Numbered from the whole stretch's first letter, positions 49,538 to 61,725 are shown. The stretch: DNA of 63,219 nt, filler included, from Lenisia limosa (GCA_001655205.1; 20 parts of 20 records of this genome joined end to end with filler, not necessarily neighbours in it); one strand, 5' to 3'. Numbers and translations: made by a program. The notes: generated from the letters alone by a model not told the origin.

Positions 49538-52174
49538 TCTGGAGTGGGCTGAACCCACCCCACTGCAAATTGCGTCCGCGCAAGGCGTACCCTCTACTCG
49601 CCTTATTCGGTCACAGTCACCCCCGGGGCCACCCCCAGGTGCTGCCGGAAGATCGCCGTCGCCCCTCCCTGACACGCAGCCGCAGCTTTCACCCCTCCGA
49701 TTCTCCCCCCAATCGTAAGGACCTGTGATCATTTGATCGTGTAGTTGGGTGTTTCAAGAGAGAAATGAAACGTGATGGTTAAGGCTTGGGCCATGGAAAT
49801 ATCGATATTTCCAAGGTCTTTTTCAGAACATAGGGAAGCCTAAATCATAACGCATCCCTTAATATGGTCACTTTCCATCTTCTTCTGATCTCTTAGATCC
49901 CCCCGTCCCGTCACGCCCCAACCTGCCACCCAGCCACTAGAAATCGAAAAACGGTCCAGTTCATTAGTTGCTTCCGACACCCGAAGCCCCTCCCCAAAGC
50001 CGGCACTATCACGGTCACGATCTAGATCGCCAGATCCGAAGACCAAAACCCCCAGCCCAACTCCGACCCCCGAGGTACCTGGGGCATTTTCAGCTATTTG
50101 TCCTGATGCCCTTATGAAGAGAAATGACAGGCTTGACCCTGCAGATTGAAGGAACACCAAGCACCCCAGAAGAAGAGGCAGACGAGGTCGGAAGCGACGC
50201 ATCGGAAGATTCGGAAGATGAAAGCGGTTCCGATTCCGATCGGACGCCTTCCCTCACCCCCGAGCCGGAACCGACTAAATTGAGACTCGAATACTCCAGG
50301 TCACCCACCCCGGTCGACATCAAAATCCCCGAGGTTGGGAGGTGGTGAGAACAAGAAAATACGTATAATCTTGAGATACAGTAGTGTAATATGTAGTATA
50401 TAGTATATAGTATATGTAGTATATAGCAATGAGAAATAAAAAATAAAGTTGCATCTGGCCGAAGCCGTGATAATAATTATCGTCACAATACATCAATTCA
50501 GAAAGTTCTCTCCTTTTTATGTGTTTGCTTTGTCTGTTTTGTGCAAAGTTCTCTGAGCTTTATAATGTACAGATGTAATTACTTCTGAACATGAGCTTTA
50601 TACTATCATATAGTATATTATTTATGATATAGCTACTATATGATACCCATACATTAGCTTTTTATGGGAACCCTCAAATACAGTATACTTCTCCTCCAGG
50701 GTCATAATTTTTCATTTTAATTGGGCTGCTTGTTGCCCCTCACCGCTGCAGCCCGAGACAAAGAAGAAGCGGAAGAAGAAGAAGAGCGCCGGAGACACCA
50801 CAGTGTATAACGAGTGGACAATGTTCACCCCGAGTGGTGTCATTGGCGGCTTCGGCGACAACGAGGAGGATGGTGAAGGTGAAGGTGGGAGCGGAGTGCT
50901 TCTAGGTTTATTTTCTAGCATGTCTGGATTTTGTTGAAATCAAAACTGGATCAATTAATTTTTAATTTTCGAAGGTAAATAGGCTGTAATGGCGCTTTCG
51001 TGACAGTCAACCCCACTTTGAAATTTCAATATTAATTCCAACATAATTGGTACAGAGTCCAAAATATATGTTTTTTTGGACTGAAGTGAGTCCTAAAAAA
51101 TGCATTTTTTGAAGATTTATCTAGAACTTGGTGTTATTGAAGCGGCGTCATTCTTTCCGTATAAGGAAGTTTGTTTATTGAGAACAAGAAAATGCATAAA
51201 AATCAAGGATGGGTACCATAAACAGAAATTACCATACTCTGTTGCCGCAAGTTTCCACGTGTTCCTTTCCTGATAAGGAAGTTTTGCACTTACCGCATTT
51301 AGAATATACGGACTCGGACGCCGACTCGGAATGCTCACTCTCCGAGCCGCCTTCCGACGCGAATGAGGATGAAATGAAGGCGTGGCGCAAACTGAGACGT
51401 AGGCGCCAAAAGAAAAAGCAACACATGAAGAACATTGAAGACTTGCCGCCAGAACAAAAGGCCGAGTATATGATGTTATTGAAGGTGGGGGGTTGTTTCT
51501 GATGTTATTGAAGGCACTGAGAAATTATCCATTTTATGTTTGCAGCTCATGTTTTTTATTGCTTTTTTGGAGTTTCAGATTATTTCCTTTGTGATTAGTA
51601 TCTTCTTTTAATCCCCCCCATCCCCCAATTTATTTCTCAATCCCAAAAACAGAGTCGATTCTGAGTTTTCCGCGTTTACCGCCACAGGAGAAGCGGCGTA
51701 AACGCAAGGCTAAGAAGCTCTACACCACCAAGATCGGAGTCTTGGGCATGCCACAAGACTGGGACAAGACGGACGACCTCGAAATGTTCCGTCGGTACAA
51801 ACCGCCGAAGGAAATGCCGAAGGAAGCCCAATCTGTGGGGGGGAGTGTTAATTACCGGGGTAATTGGGGCATCTTTCAATTTATTGCTCTTCAAAATCAC
51901 AATTGTGTAATTCTCGTTAATATTTGTTTTTCTTTTCAGTAAAATGTCGTTTGAGTTAATTTTGGGCTTTTTTTATATCATATATATATATATATATATA
52001 TGTATAATTTTCCGATTTTACTCCCGCAGCAACAAGTGGAGGCGTGGAAGGCATGGACGCGTCTCTGGGAGTTGGCTAACGATGAAAGCCGTCGTATGAG
52101 CGGCGTGCTGAACGACGAGGAGGAGTTCGTGGAGTGGTGCGTGCAGTACCTTGCAACCAAAGGCTTTTTACCTA
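49538..52174 (+). CDS. Ser/Pro-rich, acidic/basic hypothetical protein (partial, 7 exons)
   Basis: In-phase GT-AG exons such as SRSRSRSPDPK, EEEADEVGSDASEDSED, PETKKKRKKKK and QQVEAWKAWTRLWELANDESRRMSGVLNDEEEFVEWCVQYL. No family recognised. Confidence 0.65.
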
Positions 52175-52488
52175 GTGGGGGGGGGGGGGNNNNNNNNNNN
52201 NNNNNNNNNNNNNNNNNNNNNNNNNNNNNNNNNTTAATTAATTAANNNNNNNNNNNNNNNNNNNNNNNNNNNNNNNNNNNNNNNNNNNNAGTAAAACTGG
52301 AAAAATTATGGGAATTTTTTTTTTTCTCACAAAATCAACTTTGTTGGCTGACAACATACGAGGGTTGTCGCCCTCCTCCATCCTTGCCCCATACACCCCG
52401 GCTTTACTCCGGTTAAAGGCGATAGTTATAGATGATTAATAGATAGTTTGTTTGTACATAATACTCCTTTTACTTCATACTCCCCCAC

Positions 52489-54209
52489 CACAAGACGCGG
52501 CAAGATGCAGGGGAGTTAGCCCGAATTGTCCGGAACAGTCCGTTTTGGCCCCACAATTGACCAGGCTTTTGAGGGCGTCCAGGTTCGGCTCCTTCGCTGG
52601 GGGGGGGGGGNNNNNNNNNNNNNNNNNNNNNNNNNNNNNNNNNNNNNNNNNNNNNNNNNNNNNNNNNNNNNNNNNNNNNNNNNNNNNNNNNNNNNNNNNN
52701 NNNCAGTAATGTCCCTACCCGAGGCAAGATAGTGCAGTGCCGTAAAGTCGCTGTTATCAGTAGCGTTGAGATTGTCCCTCAACAGGAGACGGTCAAGGAT
52801 GGCCAGGGGCGCGCCAGTTTGGCATGCTAAATGCAGAGCTAAAGAGGGTGAAAACGGAAATGTATGAAACAAAACAAAGCCGAAATGGAGTAAAAATGGG
52901 AAAATTGATGGGCAACAGGGTGAAAAAGGGGGAGAAATGAGAAAAAGCAACGCAGTGTATGCCACCACGCTTATAAGATATGTTGGATAGAGTACATGCC
53001 AAATAGGTTCAAGACAGACAAGTCAGTAAATAAATTATCAATAAATGTGAAAAAAATAAGCAAGTTTTTGGTGTTTAAAGCAGGGGTCGCTTGATTTTTT
53101 ATTACAAATGTATAAGATTGTGATGTTACTCTTTTCAAGCTTTTTGGGCACGCCATTTTGGGCTTCTATTGAGCTAGATCACCACTTCTTTAAAGTACAA
53201 CAGCATTTGACAGTTTAACAGCTTGCTTTAATATCTTCTTGATCCCTTTCATTTAGTGATAAGAACATGTCTCCCACGGAGGGAAAAGTAAGTGCATAGT
53301 GCTACCTCTAATTGTTCAGCTACAGAGTTGTATTTGGCTTTGAAGAATTTCTTTGAAGTTACCAGATCAAACAACTCCCTCTTTAACCGCTTAAAAGCGA
53401 AACCGAAAAACTATGGCAATGTATAAACAAGTATTTGGACGAAGCCACAAAAATAGTAAATATAATAATAATTAGAAAAAAAAAAAAAGAACGGTGACAG
53501 CATAATAAAAGCCAAATCAAATATAAACAAGTAGAACCGGATAAAGTAAATATACGCTGGTAGGAATAAAAAGGAAGACCCAATCGTTTTCCTATTTAAA
53601 AGTTAACATTTTATANNNNNNNNNNNNNNNNNNNNNNNNNNNNNNNNNNNNNNNNNNNNNNNNNNNNNNNNNNNNNNNNNNNNNNNNNNNNNNNNNNTCA
53701 GCGCTTCAGCCATCTGAAGAGTTAACAGGAGAATACAACAATAATAGATCAGGAAATACATAATAGATTAAACAGCTGACACATAGGTGTGAAACAAAAT
53801 AAAACCCTCAACAACCTTCCCATCACCAATTATTATTTTTGCTAAATGTCATCTTGCTATGCTTACCCCNNNNNNNNNNNNNNNNNNNNNNNNNNNNNNN
53901 NNNNNNNNNNNNNNNNNNNNNNNNNNNNNNNNNNNNNNNNNNNNNNNNNNNNNNNNNNNNNNNNNNNNNNNNNNNNNNNNNNNNNNNNNNNNNNNNNNNN
54001 NNNNNNNNNNNNNNNNNNNNNNNNAAAAATGCCACGTAGAAGAGTTTGTTCCTATTTACCCGCTCAGCTTAAAATGGCACCTTCCTTTCCAGCTTAAAAT
54101 GGCACCATATACTCCTACCTTGTAATTGCCTTCTCGCAACGCCGCCATCAGAGCGGTTTCGATGATAGGGGTGTCCTTCACTGTCGGATCAACAGGAGTG
54201 CCTGGCTTC
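52489..54209 (-). CDS. Ankyrin-repeat protein (partial)
   Basis: ETALMAALREGNYK; ALHLACQTG...LNATDNSDFTALHYLAS; LVNCGAKTDCSGQFGLTPLHLAAS. Confidence 0.85.
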
Positions 54210-54819
54210 CTGGAGGGATTAATACGGGAGAATTTATAAACAAAAGCCTGTTGGCGTGACAGCACACGAGGGTTGATAACAGCAAAACAAACAAAAGGCC
54301 AGTCGCTTCTGAAGCACTACATCCAATTACTCCAGCGAACATTAATATTGAGTATTTATCAAAAAAAAAACCTTCCTGGGGATGAGAGTGAGGTTTTGAA
54401 CATGAAATCAAAGAAGAGGANNNNNNNNNNNNNNNNNNNNNNNNNNNNNNNNNNNNNNNNNNNNTTAATTAATTAANNNNNNNNNNNNNNNNNNNNNNNN
54501 NNNNNNNNNNNNNNNNNNNNGCAATGCTGACGTCACGCCAGAAGGCGCAGAAGGACTACAAACAACAGGTGGGTAGAAGGATATATAGATAACAGATTGA
54601 GGGGAATGATGGGGCAATATGACAAAAAAAAACAGGTGCGGGATAGGGAGACATTCAAACAATAATAAAAAAAAAAGGGGGGGGGAGGTTTGTTTTTAAA
54701 GCAAATAACAGGTTGTGGATGGAAGTCTTTGGTGTTTAAATGACAACAGGGGGGAGGTAATTGGACAGCAAATAATCAGTGTGAGGCTGTTTTAAAAGGA
54801 CTGTATGGTGCGTGATGGG

Positions 54820-54916
54820 TAGGTTCACTTCGGTTCAAAAAAACCGTGGAAATATGGATAGTTTTCGAGGATTTATCGAGAAATTCAGTCTTTTTTCGAA
54901 CCGAAGTGAAGCCCTA
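54820..54916. mobile_element. MITE family A copy with a perfect 8-bp target-site duplication
   Basis: GTGATGGG (54812-54819) | TAGGTTCACTTCGGTTC ... GAACCGAAGTGAAGCCCTA | GTGATGGG (54917-54924). Confidence 0.88.
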
Positions 54917-55879
54917 GTGATGGGGGTGTTAGGGTAAAAAACCATCCAGTTTTTGGACCAAGTTAATAAATGAACTTCCCTGCGGTGTGATGTATCGAAC
55001 AGGAGATCTGTAGCAATTGACAAACTGTATTTACCAAATATACGTCCAGACAGTATGTGGATAGTGTTCCCTTTTTCGTTGGTATGGACACGTTGCGATT
55101 TTTTGGAAGTATAAGATCAAGGTCATTGGAGGTGACAACTTATCAATTCAATTTGAGAACTTGAACAATATCGTCAAGTGTTATCGAGACAACAACAACA
55201 CAGCGCTGGAGAAGAGCAATCACGTGTTCTGGAAGAGTCTTACACGTTCCGTTCCGGCCGGACCTACAACAAAAAGATTAAACCAACATGTAAGTCCCAT
55301 GCAAGATGTGGAATTAGAATTTGCATAGCATACCTCACAAAAACGTTAAAGTTCCGCCTGTTCAATGCTCCTCACATCAAGAGGCAAAATCAAGTACTGT
55401 TCCCCTAGCGGATTACTTGCGGACTACTCCCCACTCTCCGAACAGATACTACAAAATTCAATACAACTACCATCAATCTTACTTTCACGCCAAATCGCAC
55501 AGATGTCTTTTTGACCAAACTTAAGTAGCAATAAGTCAATTTAGAGAACCTGCGTTTCATTCATGAGGCCATATCCTTAGCCTTTTGGATTGTGGATGGA
55601 AGACTGTTAGTACATATCCACCAGCAAGCTGAAATACGTGAGATGACAGCCGGCCAAAAAAAAGACCGAATCTCTCGTTCTAGATTACATTGATACCGTA
55701 GCAACAATCATATTCTGTCAAACAGTACACATTTCCACCGCAAAAATAAAGGACTTAGCAATCTTTCGTTTGACAATCAATGAACCAAAGTTTAATATCC
55801 TTTTTTGGATATGTCGAGGGCTGGTGTAGTGGAGATGGATTTGCTCCAGGCAAATCAAGAAGTCTCTGTACAAATGAGA

Positions 55880-56047
55880 TATGGATTCACGAGGATAGAA
55901 AACGGGTCATTTGGGAAACGGGCTTCAACAACCGTATCATCATCATCGTTCATCTCCATATGCGCTGCATCCCTCTCGACCTTGTCCTGTTGGAGCTTGG
56001 CAATAGTTTGAGAGTAGCTGCAGTCGGGAGTCAAACACAGCTCCTGT
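55880..56047 (-). CDS. Exon of a hypothetical protein
   Basis: ctacag|ELCLTPDCSYSQTIAKLQQDKVERDAAHMEMNDDDDTVVEARFPNDPFSIL|gtgaat; coordinates approximate. Confidence 0.4.
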
Positions 56048-57650
56048 AGACAAGCAAACACAACAGTCCTATGCTTAGCAACTTTCAAAGCAGTGTAGGC
56101 AATGATGACGTAGTCATTTATTGTTTAAAAATATTGGAAACAGAAATTTACCTTTAGAACTGAGTGACAGTCTCCTGAAATAATCTTGATCATCACTTTC
56201 ATGTGTTGATACGCACAATACATCCATCATATAATATGATTACAATTTATTACCCAATAAAACAATTACCCAATTAGTATCAAAATAGCAATGCATGATC
56301 ATTTGAATCCCGCACTGATAACACAAATATTTCGCAGATATGGCGAAGGTATAATAGATAAACTTTCACAAAAACTGCATTGTCCTTGAGCCTTGTTTTN
56401 NNNNNNNNNNNNNNNNNNNNNNNNNNNNNNNNNNNNNNNNNNNNNNNNNNNNNNNNNNNNNNNNNNNNNNNNNNNNNNNNNNNNNNNNNNNNNNNNNNNN
56501 NNNNNNNNNNNNNNNNNNNNNTTGTCAACCCTCGTGTGTTTCTAGCCAAAAGAGCTTGTTCTTCCCAAATTTTCCCTTTTTACCTCGGGGAGAGGGATGA
56601 TAAAGGGAGAGGGCTTCTCCGTCTTGGTCCATTTGAAGAGGACTTACGAACTGAAAGTTTTTTGAGAAGCCAGAGGCACCCCCCCCCCCNNNNNNNNNNN
56701 NNNNNNNNNNNNNNNNNNNNNNNNNNNNNNNNNTTAATTAATTAANNNNNNNNNNNNNNNNNNNNNNNNNNNNNNNNNNNNNNNNNNNNTGCAGTGTCCA
56801 CACACCCAAACCGGTCTCCCCATCGCAACCTCCTCCCCCGAAACACATTCTGTTTGACACGTATGCGGGCTAAACAGATTCATATTGAAACCAATGAGGA
56901 GCTAAACACATCGGTTCGTATGAGAATCTAAACATATTCTGTTCGATACGTATAAGGGACTAAACTCTATCATTTTTATACCTATATGGGTGCTTTGGGA
57001 GCAAGGGAATGGATAAATATTTGTATTTTCGCCCTTTTGAGCAACAGAGTTGATTTTGGGCTTTTTTTGTTTCATAAATGTTCCAATTTTACGTGGTTTT
57101 TTTTTTTATTATTAAATTTTCCAATTTTACTTCCCATCCTCAGTCGGGACAAAACACCAGTACCACGAAGAGCTGGAGTGGCAGCTGCAGCTGAAAAGGT
57201 CTGTGGGGGTGGGAGATCTGTTGAAAATATATGCTCAAGGTCCAAAATTATGTCGTTAATTTGAATTAATGTCGCCAAATCAGCTATTCCCCTTCAAAAC
57301 AGTAATATATTTCTGGGATATACACACTTTATTTGTTTATGAATGGAAACAAAGAAAAAAATAACCTTTCAAAAATTTTCTTTTTTTTGCAAGATGATTT
57401 TTCTCAAATGCCCTTTTTTACGAGTCAAATTGTTGTGAAGTTGACCGTAACATGAAAAAGAGACAGTCACAGAAAATTGAATTAACNNNNNNNNNNNNNN
57501 NNNNNNNNNNNNNNNNNNNNNNNNNNNNNNNNNNNNNNNNNNNNNNNNNNNNNNNNNNNNNNNNNNNNNNNNNNNNNNNNNNNNNNNNNNNNNNNNNNNN
57601 TTGTTACTTATCACAATCATTGAGACTTGTCTGTCACTTATCGCCCTTAG

Positions 57651-60600
57651 AGAGCCAGACCAGTTCGTCAAACGTCTCTGCACTCCTTTGGAAGAGAGTG
57701 TCTGTGTCTCTTTGCAAAATCGGTTTGGGGTTGGGGTTACAGACAGTGATCGGGATAAGTCTTGACCGATTTGCTATGTGATTTTCCAAAAACGGTCAAG
57801 ACCTATCCCGATCACTGTATATGACAAGGGCTTCACTCCGTTACGAAAAATGATCGGTTATCTATCGAAAAAAAAATACATGAAACCTCCTTTTTGTTGT
57901 CCTACCCCCGCCCTTCCCCCAACTAACTCCTTTACATTAGGTCGGATTCAGTGACGCGTCGCTGGGAACGTACATCAGAAGAAGGACCTTCCACGTCATT
58001 GAGGCCGAAAACGCAGCGGCCTTCGCTGTTAGAGGGGTTTTACAAGGCTTTTCCTTGGGCAGATGAATCTGTTTTTGATATTTATTTATTTTTTATTTTT
58101 TTTTTTTTGGTTGAAATCATTACCTCCCTTAGAATGACGGAGAAAAACTTGGCAATATGTTCTCAGAAGACAGCATGACATTTGTGAGCATGACGGTGGT
58201 GGAAGATACCAACAGTCAGTCCCTCCAGGCCATGATCAAGGGCTCGCCCAAGGCCGTTTTAGCTAGGTTGGGGGGGGGGGGGTNNNNNNNNNNNNNNNNN
58301 NNNNNNNNNNNNNNNNNNNNNNNNNNNNNNNNNNNNNNNNNNNNNNNNNNNNNNNNNNNNNNGCAAGTCAGTTGGGCATTTTCATGTTTAAAACCAAAAC
58401 ATCTAAGATATTGTTGTTGTTTCTCTTCTGTTTGTTTTGTTGTTTTCAACCCTCGTGTGTTGGTGCTAGCCAACCGAGTTGATTTTGGGCTTGTTTTTGT
58501 TTCATGAATTGTCCAATTTTACCACCACCCCCCCTCCGCAGATGTGCGAATATTTGGGACGGCGAAGAAGTCCAAGACCTTTCATCTGACCGACTTCGAG
58601 CTGTGGAAGAGGTGGGGTGGAAAATGGAATTTGGTGTGGTCTGGGAGTTTTTGGAAATTATATAAAAGCAGGAGCCTTTGCAATACCAATCGAATGAAAG
58701 TGATAGCTCGTTGTTTGTTATACTGTATTTGTCGTGAATCTCTTGTTTTTATTTATTTTGTAATGTATTTAATATTTTGGCTCTCATCGTGTAGCAAATC
58801 AAGCGTTGGATGTTGCAGGGCTTGCAAGTCACTGTTTATGCACACAGTCCCCTCCCCCCGGCAGGTTAGTTGACTTATGATTAGCACTGCCCTATGGACC
58901 TGATAAAAATTGAATTTCTCGAGAAATCCTCAAGGTCCTCCTCTTCTGGGGTGTACAATGCGTTTCTAAAAATCGGATAAATCCTCGTCAATTATTGATA
59001 TTTTACCGGTCTTTTTTCGGACTTGGGGAGGAAAGCCTATTTATATATGACTGTGCCATTCTCTCTGCTGTATCTGAGTCTCATATACATAGCTAGATAG
59101 CAAATTTGAAATAANNNNNNNNNNTCAACACCCCCATCAGCGTCAAAGTTGTACTCCGCCTCAAGCGATCCAGTCTTCCTAGCTTCTGCAGCCAATATCA
59201 ATAACTTAAGTCTTGAATGTGAGCTGTGAAATCTAAAGTGGCGATTTCACAAAAAGTCAAAAAAAACATATGTATATATTATTCAGTGTTACTTAGGAAT
59301 CAAAATAGAACTTGTTATTCTGGTGAGACTTGAATCNNNNNNNNNNNNNNNNNNNNNNNNNNNNNNNNNNNNNNNNNNNNNNNNNNNNNNNNNNNACCCC
59401 TCCTCCTAGCCGATTCTGAATTGGAGACTCCCAAACACTCCATCAATCTGGTATCCTACTCCGGTGTGAGCGTCATGGAAGACCCCCTCGGATTGAGCAG
59501 CGAAATCAACCATCACCTGTCAGACCTGATTTTCCTTGGAATCACAGCTATGCGTGACCAAGTATGGATAGATGGTATTGTATCTACTTCCATAATTTTT
59601 AATCTTAATCCCTCTCGTTATTTTCATAATATCTGTTACTATTTCTAAATCCTTGTCGCTATTTTCATAATCTCTAATGTTATTTTCCTAATCTCTAATG
59701 TCATTGCTTAATTTCTAACACATGTCCTGTATTTTACAAATGTAGATAAACATGTATTGTCTATTTTGACCGCCCACAGGCGAGAAGCGACGTCGTCAGT
59801 TTCATCGACGAACTCGATATGATGGGGGTGCGATTTGTGCACTTCAGCGGAGATACTGAGGTAATTAGGAGGGAATCGTTGTTTATCGAATCAATATCCC
59901 TTGACCATTTCGGGCTTTTTTTTTATTTCATGAATTTTCCACGTCCCCCCGCCCCACTCCGCATCAACCTCATCGAGTGGACTGGGCTTTTCTTGTTTTT
60001 TTTTGATATCAATAACTTCACTATCTACATTAAACCTATCCCACATCCTCTCCTATCGATATATTTTCGATATATAGTTTTTTTTTCCTCCCCCATACAC
60101 TGTATATTTTTCCACCCAATCGCCACGACTTTCACTACGCTGGAGTGGTGGAATGTGGTGCTTCAGAAGCGATTTGTTTTGTTATTATCAACCACGTGTG
60201 TTGTCAGCCAACAAAGTTGATTTTGGCTTTTTTTTTGTTTCATAAATTTTCCATTTTACCCCCCCGCAATCACAAATCATTTACCACGCAGACTGATGCG
60301 AAACAATTTGCTGGCCGATTAGGATTTGAAACTGACTGGAACTGCTGCCTCACACTCGACCCTGAATCTGGCTCCGACCCGAGGAACTTGGTAGGAAACA
60401 TATGTACATGTAGCTATAGTACATATATAGACATATTAATGTCAGTGTCCCTAATTTCTGATAATATGCTAGCACTGCCTGAGTTTTATTTATTATGCAG
60501 AAAGCTGCTTGCACAAAGTTGTAGGCTAGTAATTGGGTGTGTTAATCTATACTATCACCCAATATCTCATTTTAGCATTGATGGTGTGGAGATACCACCT

Positions 60601-61585
60601 TGCTTTAGTTCTCTCTTCATAAGTCTCACATCACAAGGCGGAAATGACAGCCCGAATGCCTGTTGGGGTAGAGCAGATCAGAACGCATATTTCTGAGGTT
60701 TGTGATACCCCCAGTTATTGGTTAGTAAAAGCTTAACACCGTTTAACGTGATAATAGAGTCTAGTTGAATAATGCGTCATTTGTTTGTGATTGTTGCAGT
60801 CATTTTTTGGTTATTCGTAAATGAATAGTAGGAAAGTGAGGAATTGAGGAATGAGATTTTTTAGACAAAACTATTAATACCATATCGTGATTGGTTTCGG
60901 CCAGATTCCCCCCACCCCGCGCGCCTTTTTTTTCTCTTCATTTCTACATCTTCAGATTGTTTTTTTTTTTCTCTGTGACATACGTTGCTATATATTATTA
61001 TTAATGAATAACGCATACAGTATAGCTTATCATATGATATGTACAATATACTTGTATAGTTTGTATATAACATTTTATAACAATGTAAATATTAAGCATA
61101 AATACATATACTATATATGAGCTATTGATAGGTGTCGTTTATCCCACCCTGACGTTCAGGTCGACAATGTTCCGTTACTGGTTCCGTTGTTTGCGAACTG
61201 CGGCTGTGATTCGGTCTGTGAAATGACTAGCATCTTCCAGGAGAATTCAGAGGTAAGTGCAATTACCTTACTGGAATCATATTGGTTGTTTTTTTTTTTT
61301 TTCTCGCTTTCTAATTTGTTAATTTTGCTTCTCATATGACTTTTATTTCCCTGTTCAACATGAAATTACGTCGCTCGCTCCGCTTTGGCTTCTGGAAAGG
61401 ATTCAAAAGTATTTGAAATAGGGTAAACTTTCTCCCTTAAGTTTTGCTGCCGAGTTACAGAATAGGTTCATAATTTCTACTATTATTAAGAGTTGGACTC
61501 TTTTAGAAGGACTTTTCTAACCCACCAGGTGGTAATTGCTTTGGGCTCTCCCTCCAGTGCGGAAAACGTTCAATTGTTTGACCAG
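57651..61585 (+). CDS. TMEM94: TMEM94/KIAA0195 (ERMA, P-type-ATPase-like) homolog (partial)
   Basis: GRECLCLFAKS|VGFS; IKGSPKAVLAR|CANIWDGEEV; LIFLGITAMRDQ|ARSDVVSFIDELDMMGVRFVHFS; AKQFAGRLGFETDWNCCLTL; VDNVPLLVPLFANC...MTSIFQENSE|VVIALGS. These follow the TMEM94 motifs DFWDG, ARLDIV..ID.L....RFVYFS, GLETGWNCHISL and DNVPLLVPLFTDC. Confidence 0.85.
57744..57817. mobile_element. MITE family C copy with 25-bp TIR
   Basis: CAGTGATCGGGATAAGTCTTGACCG and its inverted copy match at 24/25; followed by TA on the right. Confidence 0.8.
60136..60259 (+). mobile_element. Near-full-length copy of the ~140-bp TIR-less intron-associated element (family I)
   Basis: TACGCTGGAGTGGTGG...CAGAAGCGA...ATCAACCACGTGTGTTGTCAGCCAACAAAGTTGATTTTGGC...CATAAATTTTCCATTTTAC followed by a C-run and the acceptor at 60291. 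About 20 related copies occur in the window. Confidence 0.8.
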
Positions 61586-61725
61586 GTGGGGTGATCTTAG
61601 ATCCAATTGTTTGACCAGGTGGGGTGATCTTAGATCCAATTGTTTGACCAGGTGGGGTGATTTTTGATCCAATTGTTTGACCAGGTGGGGTGATCTTAGA
61701 TCCAATTGTTTGACCAGGTGGGGTG
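61571..61725. repeat. 33-bp tandem repeat CAATTGTTTGACCAGGTGGGGTGATCTTAGATC, at least 4.7 copies, spanning an exon/intron junction
   Basis: Units start at 61571, 61604, 61637, 61670 and 61703; truncated by the scaffold end. Confidence 0.92.

Noticed and set aside
60136-60259. Intron element as a tRNA-derived SINE or tRNA gene
   Set aside because: There is only a weak A-box-like TGGAGTGATGG, no B-box, no cloverleaf and no poly-A tail.
860-60291. Intron element as a classic whole-intron introner
   Set aside because: The 5' parts and lengths of the host introns are unrelated, and one copy is intergenic. Only the 3' region is shared.
61571-61725. 33-bp, 38-bp, 28-bp and 24-bp repeats as CRISPR arrays
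   Set aside because: Units are contiguous with no unique spacers, there are no cas genes, and the context is eukaryotic introns.
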